The notes: generated by a model not told the origin, from the sequence alone. A stretch of 64,000 nt of DNA from Dehalococcoidia bacterium (GCA_965219925.1 OZ244795.1:1981622-2045621), one strand, 5' to 3'. Positions 51,841-61,602 are shown, counted from the first letter of the stretch. Made by a program: numbers and translations.

Positions 51841-53421
51841 GTGATACCGACCAACATCGTTTCGGTGGCCGATATGCAGGCGCTGGAAGCGGCGTCGGAG
51901 CGCAGGGGTGTGAGCACCGACACGCTGATGGAAAACGCCGGGCTGGCCTGCGCTCGCCGGATCAGGGAGCGCATGGGGGGCGCTGCGGGCCGCCGTGCGG
52001 TGGTGTTGGTGGGCCCTGGCAACAACGGAGCCGACGGGCTGGTGGTGGCGCGACACCTGCGCCGGTGGGGCGCCGATGTATGTTGCTACGTCTTACGAGG
52101 GCGTCCCGTGGACGATGTAAAGATGCGGGCGCTGGAGCCCTACGATGTACAGGTGGTTGACGCTGAGGATGACACTGACCTGGGCGCCCTCGAGGAGGCG
52201 CTGCGACGTTGCGACGTTGTTGTGGACGCAATCCTGGGGGCGGGACGGTATCGGCCATTGTCGGGTGTGGTACAGGATGTGGCAATCAGGGTGAATCATT
52301 CCAGAGTTGCCGGAAAATTGAGCGTCATAGCGCTGGATTTGCCCACCGGCGTGAATCCCGACACCGGGGAAGCAGATGTGGCAACAATAATCGCTGACGA
52401 AACTTTGGCCCTGTGCTGTCCCAAATTCGGCGTCGTCAATTTCCCCGGGGCAGGTTACGCCGGACGTATTACCCTGCTGGATATTGGATTGCCGGCAGCG
52501 GCGCTGGAGGAATCGGGGTTGCGGGACGTTTGGGTAACCGACGACGTAGCGGCATCGCTGCTTCCGGCTCGCCCCCTGAATTCGCACAAGGGTACCTTCG
52601 GCCACTTGCTGATAATCGCCGGCTCCAGGAATTTTGTCGGCGCCGCATATCTGGCCGCCCAGGGAGCCCACCGCTCGGGCGTCGGTCTGGTTACTTTGGC
52701 AGCGCCGGAATCGGTGTACCGGTTCGCCGCGACCAGGCTGACGGAGACGATCCACCTCCCTTTGCCCGAAGATGCCGATGGCCGCATCGACGTCTCTGCC
52801 GTTGAGAATATTCGGGAGCGGATCGGCGGTTACTCGGCGTTGGCAATCGGGTGCGGAATGGGCGCGTCGGATGGCGCCGCGGCGTTTCTGGAGAATCTGC
52901 TATTGGAAGGAGATCAATTGCTGTCTCTCCCCAAGGTGATCGACGCTGACGGCCTGAACAATCTGTCCCGGTGCGGGGACTGGAGCAACCGCCTAAGGGG
53001 CCCAGCCGTATTGACTCCCCACCCGGGTGAGATGGGAACGTTGACGGGTTTGGCCACGCCGGAAATTCAGTCAGACCGGATGGCAGTTGCGGCGAGGTGG
53101 GCGACGTATTGGGATCAATGCGTGCTGCTGAAGGGCGCCCACAGCGTGGTGGCCTCTCCAGACGGCAGGCGTTGGGTATTGCCGTTTGCCAATCCCGCGC
53201 TGGCAGCGGGAGGAACCGGAGACGTCTTGACCGGAATAGTCGGGGGCCTGCTGGCTCAGGGCCTGGATCCCTTCGCCGCCGCCCCGTTGGGAGGCTACAT
53301 TCACGGCACGGCGGCGGAGCGGGTACGGCATATCAGAGGCGAAGCGGGTATTTTGGCTAGCGACCTGCTGGACCTGTTGCCACAGGTGATGACGGATTTG
53401 CGCCGTTCTGTTCGGCAGTGA
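51841..53421 (+). CDS. nnr: Bifunctional NAD(P)HX epimerase/dehydratase
   Basis: LMENAG, GPGNNGADG, DLPTG, SHKGTFG, DADGLN, LTPHPGEM, GGTGDVL; start approximate (GTG). Confidence 0.93.
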   Translation: MIPTNIVSVADMQALEAASERRGVSTDTLMENAGLACARRIRERMGGAAGRRAVVLVGPGNNGADGLVVARHLRRWGADVCCYVLRGRPVDDVKMRALEPYDVQVVDAEDDTDLGALEEALRRCDVVVDAILGAGRYRPLSGVVQDVAIRVNHSRVAGKLSVIALDLPTGVNPDTGEADVATIIADETLALCCPKFGVVNFPGAGYAGRITLLDIGLPAAALEESGLRDVWVTDDVAASLLPARPLNSHKGTFGHLLIIAGSRNFVGAAYLAAQGAHRSGVGLVTLAAPESVYRFAATRLTETIHLPLPEDADGRIDVSAVENIRERIGGYSALAIGCGMGASDGAAAFLENLLLEGDQLLSLPKVIDADGLNNLSRCGDWSNRLRGPAVLTPHPGEMGTLTGLATPEIQSDRMAVAARWATYWDQCVLLKGAHSVVASPDGRRWVLPFANPALAAGGTGDVLTGIVGGLLAQGLDPFAAAPLGGYIHGTAAERVRHIRGEAGILASDLLDLLPQVMTDLRRSVRQ

Positions 53422-53482
53422 CCACAGATCCTCGGGCGCGTTTTGATGCCGGCGGCGACTCATTAGGGATAGGGCAGCGAAC

Positions 53483-53899
53483 ATGACAGAAGAACAGATC
53501 AGGCGACTGAATCAGGCCCCGGTGGGTCGCCTGGCGACCGCCGACGCCCAGGGACGGCCGCATGTGATACCGATTTGTTTTGCCTTGGACGGCCAATCGA
53601 TCTATTCGGTGTTGGACGCCAAGCCCAAGCGCGGTAGCCTGACCGGTCTGCGCCGGGTTCGCAACATACTGGCCAATCCTCACGTGTCGCTGGTAGTGGA
53701 CCATTACGATTCGGACTGGACGCGGCTGTGGTACATCCTGATTTCCGGCTCCGCGCAGTTGATTTACGAAGGTGCAGAACAGGAACGTGCCGTTGAAATC
53801 CTGCGCGAAAAGTATCCCCAGTATCGCGCCATGGAGCTTGACGGGAATCCGGTAATCAAGATCACGCCTGAGCGTGTTACCGGATGGTCAGGAAGTTGA
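53483..53899 (+). CDS. PPOX-class (pyridoxamine 5'-phosphate oxidase-like, probably F420-dependent) protein
   Basis: RLATAD..G.PH.IP.CF, D.KPK, LRRVRNI..NP.VSLVVD.Y..DW..LW, KYPQY. Confidence 0.88.
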   Translation: MTEEQIRRLNQAPVGRLATADAQGRPHVIPICFALDGQSIYSVLDAKPKRGSLTGLRRVRNILANPHVSLVVDHYDSDWTRLWYILISGSAQLIYEGAEQERAVEILREKYPQYRAMELDGNPVIKITPERVTGWSGS

Positions 53900-53906
53900 T
53901 GAAATC

Positions 53907-54030
53907 CAGGGCCTTTTCAAAGTTGTGGAAATTAACCATCCGCTCGTCCTGAGCCTGTCGAAGGACGGTCATCGATGGTTCGACAAGCTCACCATGAGCG
54001 GAGGTTGGAGGACACTTTGAAAAGGCCCTG
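53907..54030. repeat. 124-bp MITE-like element with CAGGGCCTTTTCAAAGT terminal inverted repeats
   Basis: Perfect 17-bp TIR; internal CTGAGCCTGTCGAA...TTCGACAAGCTCA palindrome; copies at 12643, 21489 and (partial) 3766. Confidence 0.9.
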
Positions 54031-54128
54031 TGATGCAATCGGTTTGCCTTGACCCGGTAGACGACTACGCCTAGAATGCCGTCATCCCCAGATTGTGCGA
54101 GAGTGCCCATCGGCGCATCAGGTTTAAC

Positions 54129-54842
54129 ATGACACAGTTGGTCTTTATTCATGGCCCCGGGGCGGGCGGTTGTGCGGATTCATACGTCAATCAGTTGTCC
54201 CATTACCCGGGCAGCCTGGCGCCCCATTTGCCCGGGCATCTGGACGGCAGTCCTTGCAGCAGTGTGGAGCGGTACACCGATTGGTTGAGAGGGTGGTTGC
54301 ACGCCCAGGGAATTACGGGGAATCTGGTGCTGAGCGGGTTTACCCTGGGGGCCTGCATTGCGCTGCAATACGCCCTGGACTACCCGGATGAAGTAAGCGG
54401 GCTGGCGTTGATGACCATTGCCATGCGTCCCAAGCAACGCCGCCCCCGGGATTTGCAGTTCCGGTTGGACGCCGCCGCCGAAGCCGAAGTTTACGCGAAG
54501 TGGTTGGGAATGATGGACGGCGTGATGCACTTTGTAGAGCCGGAATTGCGCGCCAGTTTGTTGCAGCGACATCGTGATGTGGGGCCGGTGGCGCAATACC
54601 GGGACCTGGTGGTTATCGACGGGTTCGATGTGCGGGATCGCATTCACACTTTGAAAGCGCCCTTGCTGTTGATTCAGGGAGTAGATGATCCGCTGGCCAC
54701 CGGCGATTACGAAGCAGAGATCCACCGTGCCGTGCCCGGTTCCCAATTAATCAAGATGAAAAACGCCGGCCATTTCCCCATGGTGGAAAAGCCCGACGAA
54801 GTCAATGCAGCGATAGACAGTTTCCTGGCGTCAATCGGCTGA
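54129..54842 (+). CDS. Alpha/beta fold hydrolase with atypical nucleophile motif
   Basis: FIHG, LPGH, GFTLGA in place of GxSxG, G..D, AGHFP..E.P. Confidence 0.8.
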   Translation: MTQLVFIHGPGAGGCADSYVNQLSHYPGSLAPHLPGHLDGSPCSSVERYTDWLRGWLHAQGITGNLVLSGFTLGACIALQYALDYPDEVSGLALMTIAMRPKQRRPRDLQFRLDAAAEAEVYAKWLGMMDGVMHFVEPELRASLLQRHRDVGPVAQYRDLVVIDGFDVRDRIHTLKAPLLLIQGVDDPLATGDYEAEIHRAVPGSQLIKMKNAGHFPMVEKPDEVNAAIDSFLASIG

Positions 54843-54889
54843 GTCACATTTCCGGGCCGATTGACCATTAACACACAAGGAGCATAAAC

Positions 54890-56536
54890 GTGGACGGAGT
54901 TACAGCAGTAGCCAATGTTCTAAAAATGGAAGGCGTGGAGTGGATTGCGGTGATGCCGTCCAACCCGCTGATCGAAGCCGCCGCCATCGCGGGAATCCGG
55001 CCGGTGGTTTGTCGGCAGGAACGCACCGGAGTACACATGGCGGACGGGTTCTCCCGGGTCAACAACGGTAAGAAAACGGGCATTTTCCTGGCTCAGAACG
55101 GGCCAGGCGCCGAGAACGCGTTCGGCGGCGTGGCGCAGGCTTATGCCGATTCAGTGCCGATACTGATATTGCCGGCGGGGGTGGCCCGTAAGCGAGTTGG
55201 GGTTGAACCCAATTTCCATCCGGTGCGGGCCTACGAACCGATTACGAAATGGGCAGCCCACGTCAATTATGCCGACCGCGTACCTGAACTCATGCGCCAG
55301 GCGTTCACCAAGCTGCGTTCCGGCAAGCCGGGCCCGGTTCTCCTTGAAATCCCACAGGATCTGTCAGCAGACGAAATCAGCGAAGAAGATTTCGATTACA
55401 TTCCGCCCCAGCACATGCGGACGGCGGCGGATCCCCAGGCGATCACCCGAGCGGTGCGCGGGTTGATGTCGGCGCACCGCCCGGTGATCATGGCCGGGCA
55501 GGGCGTCATGTACGCTGAGGCCACGGCTGAACTGATGGAACTGGCTGAGTTGCTGCAGATCCCCGTGATGACTACCCTGGAAGGCAAGAGCGCGTTCCCG
55601 GAAAATCACCCGCTATCCCTGGGAATCGGCGGGTCGAGCCAAACCGGTCAGGTACACCGTTTCCTCACCAATGCCGACGTGGTATTCGGCGTGGGCGTCA
55701 GTTTCACCAAGAGCAGTTTTACGGTGCCAATCCCCGCCGGCAAAACCCTGATTCATTTGACCAACGGCGACGATGACATCAACAAGGATTACCGATCTGA
55801 ATACCCGATACTGGCAGACGCCAAGCTGGCGCTGCGGCAGTTTATTGATGAGCTGAAAGCCCAGGGCGTGCCGGCTCGGGCGGCCAATCAGGAACTGGCG
55901 GACGAGATTGCGGCGTTGAAGGAAGCCTGGCTTGCCGAGTGGATGCCCCGGTTGACCAGCAATGAAATCCCCCTGAACCCGTATCGGGTAGTGTGGGACA
56001 TCATGCACACCGTGGACCTGGACAACACGATCGTGACCCACGAGTCGGGCAGCCCGCGTGAGCAGGTATCGCCGTTCTGGGAAGCCAGGGCGCCCCGCAG
56101 CTTCATCGGCTGGGGCAAGTCAACGCAGCTGGGGTACAGCCTGGGGTTGGCGATGGGGGCCAAGATGGCCGCTCCCGAAAAGATGGTTATCAACTTCATG
56201 GGCGATGCTGCGTTCGGCATGGTGGGCCTGGACGTGGAAACGGCGGTGCGCTCCGGCATACCCATCACCACGGTGGTGATGAACAACTCGACGATGGCCA
56301 TTTACCCCGACAGTCGCATACCGACCGCGGTGGAACGCTACAACATCAAGGAATTGAGCGGCGATTTCTATCAGGTGGGGTTGGCTCTGGGCGCTTACGC
56401 CGAGCAGATCCATACGCCCGATGAGATTAAGCCGGCGATGCAACGAGCCATGGAAGCCAACGGGAACGGACGCCCGGCGTTGCTGGAGTTCATAACCAAG
56501 GAAGAGGGCACCTTCTCCAAGTTCCAGTTCAATTAG
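54890..56536 (+). CDS. Thiamine pyrophosphate-dependent enzyme (acetolactate synthase-like family)
   Basis: RQER...HMADG, GPG, PGPV..E.P.D, GDAAFGM...NNS TPP motif. Confidence 0.92.
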   Translation: MDGVTAVANVLKMEGVEWIAVMPSNPLIEAAAIAGIRPVVCRQERTGVHMADGFSRVNNGKKTGIFLAQNGPGAENAFGGVAQAYADSVPILILPAGVARKRVGVEPNFHPVRAYEPITKWAAHVNYADRVPELMRQAFTKLRSGKPGPVLLEIPQDLSADEISEEDFDYIPPQHMRTAADPQAITRAVRGLMSAHRPVIMAGQGVMYAEATAELMELAELLQIPVMTTLEGKSAFPENHPLSLGIGGSSQTGQVHRFLTNADVVFGVGVSFTKSSFTVPIPAGKTLIHLTNGDDDINKDYRSEYPILADAKLALRQFIDELKAQGVPARAANQELADEIAALKEAWLAEWMPRLTSNEIPLNPYRVVWDIMHTVDLDNTIVTHESGSPREQVSPFWEARAPRSFIGWGKSTQLGYSLGLAMGAKMAAPEKMVINFMGDAAFGMVGLDVETAVRSGIPITTVVMNNSTMAIYPDSRIPTAVERYNIKELSGDFYQVGLALGAYAEQIHTPDEIKPAMQRAMEANGNGRPALLEFITKEEGTFSKFQFN

Positions 56537-56650
56537 ACTTGGCTATAAGCGGCTGGGTCTGCCAGTCGAATTGCTGACATCTCCCCGTAGCAACATCGCC
56601 GACCGGTTATTTACACTGGCCGGCGATGTTTTATTGCGGAGGAGAGGCTG

Positions 56651-57511
56651 ATGGTCGTTGCGAAACCGCTTGATGCAGCACGGTCGAGGCAGGAATTTGA
56701 CGCCGAGTTGACCCAATTGGTCACTGGGGCGAATGGTGTGAGTGGCCCGGTGGGAACGCCGGAATGCGTTGCGCCCTCGGCTGCGCCGGCATCACCGCCG
56801 AAGCCAGCCGACCCGGCCCAACCAACGATCCGGGAATTACCCAACGGCGAGCGGCCACGGGAGAGGTTGCGGCAAAGAGGCTCGAGGGAATTGTCCAACA
56901 CGGAATTGGTGGCGATTCTCCTGCGAACCGGAATGAAGGGTGAGAACGCCGTCAGCATGGCATCGCGGATCATGGCCGATTTCGGTGGCCTGGATGGTCT
57001 GGCGAAGGCGGATTATGGGGAGTTGATCCGGGAGCGTGGGTTGAGCGATGCCAAGGCGTGCCAGGTAATAGCAGCCCTGGAGTTGGGCCGCCGTGTCGCC
57101 TCACTACCGCCGGCCGAACGGCCGCAAATCTCATGCGCCCAGGACGCAGTCAACCTGATCGCGCCGGAAATGGCGGCGCTGGATCAGGAGAATCTGGTGG
57201 TTTTACTGATGGACACGCGCAACCGGATGGTGCTGAAGCGGACCGTTTATATCGGCACGGTCAATAGCAGTGCGGTGCGTCCCGCTGAGGTGCTGCGGCC
57301 GGCGATCCGGGAGAACGTGCCGTCCATCATAGTCGCGCACAACCATCCGTCCGGGGACCCGACGCCCAGCCCTGAAGATGTGGCGGTGACGCGAGACCTG
57401 GTGGCCGCCGGGAAACTTATGGACATAGAACTGCACGACCATTTGATCATCGGCTCTGGGGGACGTTTTACCAGTCTCCGCGGCATTGGTTCCGGATTCG
57501 AACCGGCGTGA
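56651..57511 (+). CDS. radC: RadC family protein (HhH + JAB) with Pro/Ala-rich N-terminal extension
   Basis: ERPRERL, ELVAILLRTG, GTVNSS.V.P.EV, AHNHPSGDPTPS.ED, DHLIIG. Confidence 0.93.
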   Translation: MVVAKPLDAARSRQEFDAELTQLVTGANGVSGPVGTPECVAPSAAPASPPKPADPAQPTIRELPNGERPRERLRQRGSRELSNTELVAILLRTGMKGENAVSMASRIMADFGGLDGLAKADYGELIRERGLSDAKACQVIAALELGRRVASLPPAERPQISCAQDAVNLIAPEMAALDQENLVVLLMDTRNRMVLKRTVYIGTVNSSAVRPAEVLRPAIRENVPSIIVAHNHPSGDPTPSPEDVAVTRDLVAAGKLMDIELHDHLIIGSGGRFTSLRGIGSGFEPA

Positions 57512-57570
57512 TTATCACGCACTCGCGGTGATAAACTCCACGGTACGCAACCTGCGGAGGATGATATTAC

Positions 57571-57903
57571 ATGAGCGATTACTTTTTGGAGACCACCGAT
57601 CGAGGGTACAAGGAACTTGTGCCCGGCGCCCGCACGCGGACTTTTTGGGGCGCGCAGATGCTGTTCTCCCTGGTGGAAGTCGAGGCGGGGGCGCTGGTGC
57701 CTCTGCATACCCATCCCCACGAACAGGGCGGAATCATCGTTGAAGGCGAACTGGAGATGGGGATCGGCGGCGAGGTGAAGCTGCTGAAGCCGGGAGACAT
57801 GTATATCATTCCGGGAGATGTGGAACACTACGCCCAGGGGCAGCAAACAAGGGCGGTGGCTCTGGACATATTCAGCCCGGTGCGGGAGGAGTTTAAGTAC
57901 TAA
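57571..57903 (+). CDS. Cupin domain protein
   Basis: VPLHTHPHEQ...G.LE, PGD...IP..VEH, LDIFSPVRE. Confidence 0.92.
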   Translation: MSDYFLETTDRGYKELVPGARTRTFWGAQMLFSLVEVEAGALVPLHTHPHEQGGIIVEGELEMGIGGEVKLLKPGDMYIIPGDVEHYAQGQQTRAVALDIFSPVREEFKY

Positions 57904-57926
57904 CGCCGCGAAGTTGGCCCGTAATA

Positions 57927-58787
57927 CTAACCGGCGTCGTTGAAGTAATCGGCAACCGCCAGTACCAGGTTGCCCATGTGAGGATGTTCGGGTTCCACAT
58001 TAACGGTAATTCCGCATTCTTCCAGCTTCCGGGTACACACCGGGCCCACTGACGCTACGGCAACCGGACCGGACAGACAGTAGCGCAGAGAGTCTTCCTT
58101 ACCGGCTTCGGCGGCAATGGTCAGTAAATTGGGCACCTGGGGTCGGCTGGTAAATGCCAGGGCGTCGATATTGCCCTGCTCCATTTCGTTGATAAGGGAC
58201 AAAACGGGGCCGTGGTCTACGGGCAGGCCCCAGTCGTAAAGGGTGAGTTCCCGGTAGTTGGCGCGCTGAGCCCGCAGGAAGGTGGGGAGTTGAGCATCTG
58301 GGCCACCGTAGCGTTGCACGACAACCTCTGCCCCATCAAGCGCCAGCCCGGACATTGAAGCCGTCAAGTCAGCGGACGTATAGGGTTCCGGCGGCATGAT
58401 GTCGATGGGGATTTTATGATGCCGCAATACCCGAGCCGGTTTCGGACTCCGCGCGACCACGGTGGCATTTCGCAGGCTGGCGACGAATTCGTCCTGGCAG
58501 CCCATAGCCGCAGCGGTTTCCATCATCGCCTGAGTGCCCACACCGGTTAGGAAGATTGCGATGCCCACCGCTCCGTTACACACATCGGTGATGGCTTGTT
58601 GAACTTGGGGGCTGTCCTTCAGGTAGTGTTCCTGGAGCACGGGAGCGCCCAGGGGAACACCGCCGTGGCGTCGGATCAGGCTGGCCATTTCGTCGGGCAT
58701 TCGAGCCTCGACGAAGGCCAGCACACGTCCGTTCAGAGATGGGCCAGGCATGGGCAGGATGGAACGGGGGTTATACGGCGCACTCAC
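57927..58787 (-). CDS. hemD: Uroporphyrinogen-III synthase (HemD-like)
   Basis: FLTGVG, ARSPKP, Q.YG, FTS.PQV, SVGPVC...L, P.HP.MG; overlaps the reductase stop. Confidence 0.75.
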   Translation of the reverse strand: MSAPYNPRSILPMPGPSLNGRVLAFVEARMPDEMASLIRRHGGVPLGAPVLQEHYLKDSPQVQQAITDVCNGAVGIAIFLTGVGTQAMMETAAAMGCQDEFVASLRNATVVARSPKPARVLRHHKIPIDIMPPEPYTSADLTASMSGLALDGAEVVVQRYGGPDAQLPTFLRAQRANYRELTLYDWGLPVDHGPVLSLINEMEQGNIDALAFTSRPQVPNLLTIAAEAGKEDSLRYCLSGPVAVASVGPVCTRKLEECGITVNVEPEHPHMGNLVLAVADYFNDAG

Positions 58788-60603
58788 CTTCTCCGCGTTC
58801 CAGCACGTACTGGTTGGTTCGTTCCCAGTCGAAGTACATTTCCCCGCCGCCCTCGGCCTCGTGTCCGATTTCCTGGGCCCGCGCGGCTACCGAGGTTACC
58901 TCGTCTATTCCGACCCGCTCCAGGAAATCGTTGAATCGCTCCGACTCGTTGTCACGATTGTCCTTGTAGAAGGTGACGATTTCTTTGAGAACCGATGGGA
59001 CGAGCTTGGCGGGAACCTTAACCTTGGGAACCCGGGTGCCGATGCGAGAGTCTTCCACGCGGTTGTCCCCGTAGTTGCCGCCCAGGAAAAGCTCGTACGA
59101 TGGAATTTGCTGTCCGTCCACGCCTTTCACGGCAGCCCCGTGGAACCCGATGTTGGCGATGTGATGCAGGCCGCACCCATTGGGGCATCCACTCATCTTG
59201 ATGCGGATGTCCTTTACCCCGGCATCCTGCTGCATCCCATTCCAGCTTTGCATCTCAGAGCGAAGAGCCTCGGCCAGACCCATTGAGGAAGTGATACCAA
59301 GTTTGCAACTGTCGGTTCCGGGGCAGGAAACGACGTTGGTGATGTGGTCGTGGCCGGGTTCGCCGAGATCCAGAGCGACCAGGGCTCTCCATACGGTGGC
59401 GAGGTGGCCGGTCGGCACCCAACGAATCACCAGGTTTTGTTCCTGTGTGGTGCGGGCTTGGCCGCCAGCATACTCCCTCACGATGTTGGCCAACCCGTGG
59501 AACTGTTCGGGCGAGAGATCGCCCCGGACAGGCTTTACATAAACCACGTGATACCCTTCCTGCCGCTGGGCTGCGACGTTGGTGTCGCGCCACTGGCGGA
59601 ATTCAGGACTGTCTTCCGTGGATGCTGCAGCGGGTTGAACGGGTGGGGTTTCGCGCTGGATCTCTTCCGCCACCATCAAAGGCCGATGATCAATCGGGCC
59701 GATGCCGGCCAGTTCGGTATCAACCATCTGTTTGAATTCGTCCAGCCCAATCTTGTCGATGAGGACCTTCAGACGCGCCATCATCCGATTTTTGCGAAGG
59801 ATGTCAGCGTTGTTGAACACAGTCCAGATCGCCAAAGCGACCCGGAGGTAGTCATCCTCGGAAACCCAATCGTACAGCGGTTTGGCCAGGCGGGGCATGA
59901 TGGACGTTCCGCCCCCGCAGTAAACCTTGAATCCCTTACGCTGTTCGCCATCGATTTCCTTGTATTGGGAAACGAATGTCAGATCCTGGATGGCCGCCGC
60001 CACTTCGTCTCTCCGGTCGTTGCCGGTGAACGCGGTTTTGAACTTCCGGGGGAAGTTTTGGGTGATGGGATGGCGCACGCCAAACCGAACGTATGCGGTG
60101 AGATACGGCGTCGGGTCGAAGGTTTCTTCCGGGCTGACCCCAGCGGTCGCCGGGCCAACCACGTTGCGGACGGTGTTGCCGCAAGCCTCGCGGGTGGACA
60201 GCCCCACCTTGCCCAGCAAACGCAGCGCGGTCGAGGTTTGTTCCAGCGGAACGTGGTGGAACTGAATATTCTCCCTGGTGGTGATATGACCTTTTTGCAA
60301 CGGGGCGTAATGTTCCGCGATTTCGCCCAGGGCGTCGAGCATATCGGCCGAGGCGATTCCACCGGGTAGTTTCACCCGGATCATCTGCACGTCGGCCTGG
60401 CGTTGGCCATAAACACCCTGCCGTAGCCGGAACGGCGTGAACACTGTGTTGTCCAGCTCGCCGGACCGGAACCGGTCGACTTCGGCATCGAACCGCACGA
60501 TTTCTTCTTCCATGAACGGGATAATCCCGGTGGCATCGGGCGCCAGATTCATGCTGGCATCATGGATGTCTTTCAGGTTGGGCGCATGAGCTTGGCTGGT
60601 CAA
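58771..60603 (-). CDS. Siroheme/4Fe-4S sulfite (or nitrite) reductase hemoprotein
   Basis: FRL..GVYGQRQ, HITTRENIQ, REACGNTVRN, PRKFK, CPGTDSC...SGCPNGC, C-terminal G.GECA; AAGGAG RBS before TTG start. Confidence 0.93.
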   Translation of the reverse strand: MTSQAHAPNLKDIHDASMNLAPDATGIIPFMEEEIVRFDAEVDRFRSGELDNTVFTPFRLRQGVYGQRQADVQMIRVKLPGGIASADMLDALGEIAEHYAPLQKGHITTRENIQFHHVPLEQTSTALRLLGKVGLSTREACGNTVRNVVGPATAGVSPEETFDPTPYLTAYVRFGVRHPITQNFPRKFKTAFTGNDRRDEVAAAIQDLTFVSQYKEIDGEQRKGFKVYCGGGTSIMPRLAKPLYDWVSEDDYLRVALAIWTVFNNADILRKNRMMARLKVLIDKIGLDEFKQMVDTELAGIGPIDHRPLMVAEEIQRETPPVQPAAASTEDSPEFRQWRDTNVAAQRQEGYHVVYVKPVRGDLSPEQFHGLANIVREYAGGQARTTQEQNLVIRWVPTGHLATVWRALVALDLGEPGHDHITNVVSCPGTDSCKLGITSSMGLAEALRSEMQSWNGMQQDAGVKDIRIKMSGCPNGCGLHHIANIGFHGAAVKGVDGQQIPSYELFLGGNYGDNRVEDSRIGTRVPKVKVPAKLVPSVLKEIVTFYKDNRDNESERFNDFLERVGIDEVTSVAARAQEIGHEAEGGGEMYFDWERTNQYVLERGEGECAV

Positions 60604-60627
60604 GTTAATCTCCTTCGAGCGCGGGCA

Positions 60628-60669
60628 TAAAAAAGACCCACCTTAGCCGGTTGGCGGTGCTGGTGGGCG
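60628..60669 (-). terminator. Attenuator terminator upstream of the sulfite reductase
   Basis: Minus strand GCCCACC-AGC-ACCG-CCAAC-CGG-CTAA-GGTGGGT then CTTTTTTA, about 25 nt before the start codon. Confidence 0.8.
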
Positions 60670-60700
60670 CAGGGTTAGGGCTTGATTTTGTCAGTGCTTG

Positions 60701-60775
60701 CTATCCTGCTCCCGTTTTTTCGGTACAGGTACAAGTACAAAGACAGGTTTGGTTGCTTTTGCAGTTACTGTGCAT
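60701..60775 (-). CDS. Cys-rich leader peptide MHSNCKSNQTCLCTCTCTEKTGAG (24 aa), putative attenuator peptide
   Basis: Manual translation ATG(60775)...TAG(60701); 5 Cys, four of them in alternating codons; lies between promoter and terminator. Confidence 0.75.
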   Translation of the reverse strand: MHSNCKSNQTCLCTCTCTEKTGAG

Positions 60776-60783
60776 TTGCGAAA

Positions 60784-60812
60784 ACTATACAGTCGTGGTC
60801 GGGAATTGTCAA
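60784..60812 (-). promoter_or_regulatory. sigma70 promoter yielding a leaderless or near-leaderless transcript of the Cys leader peptide
   Basis: TTGACA (60812-60807)-17 nt-TATAGT (60789-60784), 8 nt before the ATG; no SD. Confidence 0.8.
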
Positions 60813-60921
60813 CGATGTTTATTTGGTGAAAATTCGTACCTGAATCGGGGTGATTCTCACCAGTGGAGGCCGTCGTTTTAGTGGGCAAGCGGGATTTTTG
60901 CGTGGCCCAGCGATGGACGTG

Positions 60922-61602
60922 TCAGCGCAACGTACGGTCGGATTTGAGGTCGCGGTTGCTGACAGTGTGCCCGGAGATCAGCCACAACGTACGTTCGGCG
61001 ATGTTGGTCGCCCGGTCGGCGATTCGTTCCAGGTCGTGGGCCACCCACAGCAGGTATGTTGCCCGCTGGATGGTGCGCGGATCCTGCAGCATGTAGGTGA
61101 GCAACTCGCGATAGATCTGGTCGTACAGGTCGTCCACCACATCATCATCGGCGCATACCTTGCGAGCCAGATCCTCATCCCGGTCAGCGAAGGACAGCAA
61201 ACTTTCGTTAAGCATCTTGAGGGCCAGGTCTGCCATCCGCGGGATGTCGATCAACGGTTTCAATAGTGGTTCTTCATAGGTGCGGAGGCAGATTTTTGCG
61301 ATGCCCTCGGCGTAGTCGCCCATTCGCTCCAGCTCAACCCCCAGGTGCACAACCGACATTACGGTGCGCAGATCGGTGGCGATTGGCTGCTGCGTCGCCA
61401 GCACGCTGACGCACTTGTCCTCCAGCGTGTTCTGCAGGTTGTCTATCACGTCATCGTTATCGATGACCTGCCGGGCAAGGTCGGCATCCCGGTTTTGCAG
61501 GGCCTGTAGAGCCTGTCGGGTGGTTTGATCGACCAAACGACCCATTTCGGCCAGGTCGGCCTGCAAATTTTCCAGTAGCTGGTTGAATTCTGACCTGAGC
61601 AT
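60922..61602 (-). CDS. phoU: Phosphate signalling protein PhoU
   Basis: QQP.A.DLR, LERMGDYAEGIA, DD.VD.LY, LERIADRATNIAE. Confidence 0.96.
   Translation of the reverse strand: MLRSEFNQLLENLQADLAEMGRLVDQTTRQALQALQNRDADLARQVIDNDDVIDNLQNTLEDKCVSVLATQQPIATDLRTVMSVVHLGVELERMGDYAEGIAKICLRTYEEPLLKPLIDIPRMADLALKMLNESLLSFADRDEDLARKVCADDDVVDDLYDQIYRELLTYMLQDPRTIQRATYLLWVAHDLERIADRATNIAERTLWLISGHTVSNRDLKSDRTLR

Noticed and set aside
60651-60888. ORF-track entries 60651-60881(+) and 60691-60888(-)
   Set aside because: They overlap the promoter and attenuator in other frames; the 24-aa Cys-rich frame explains the region better
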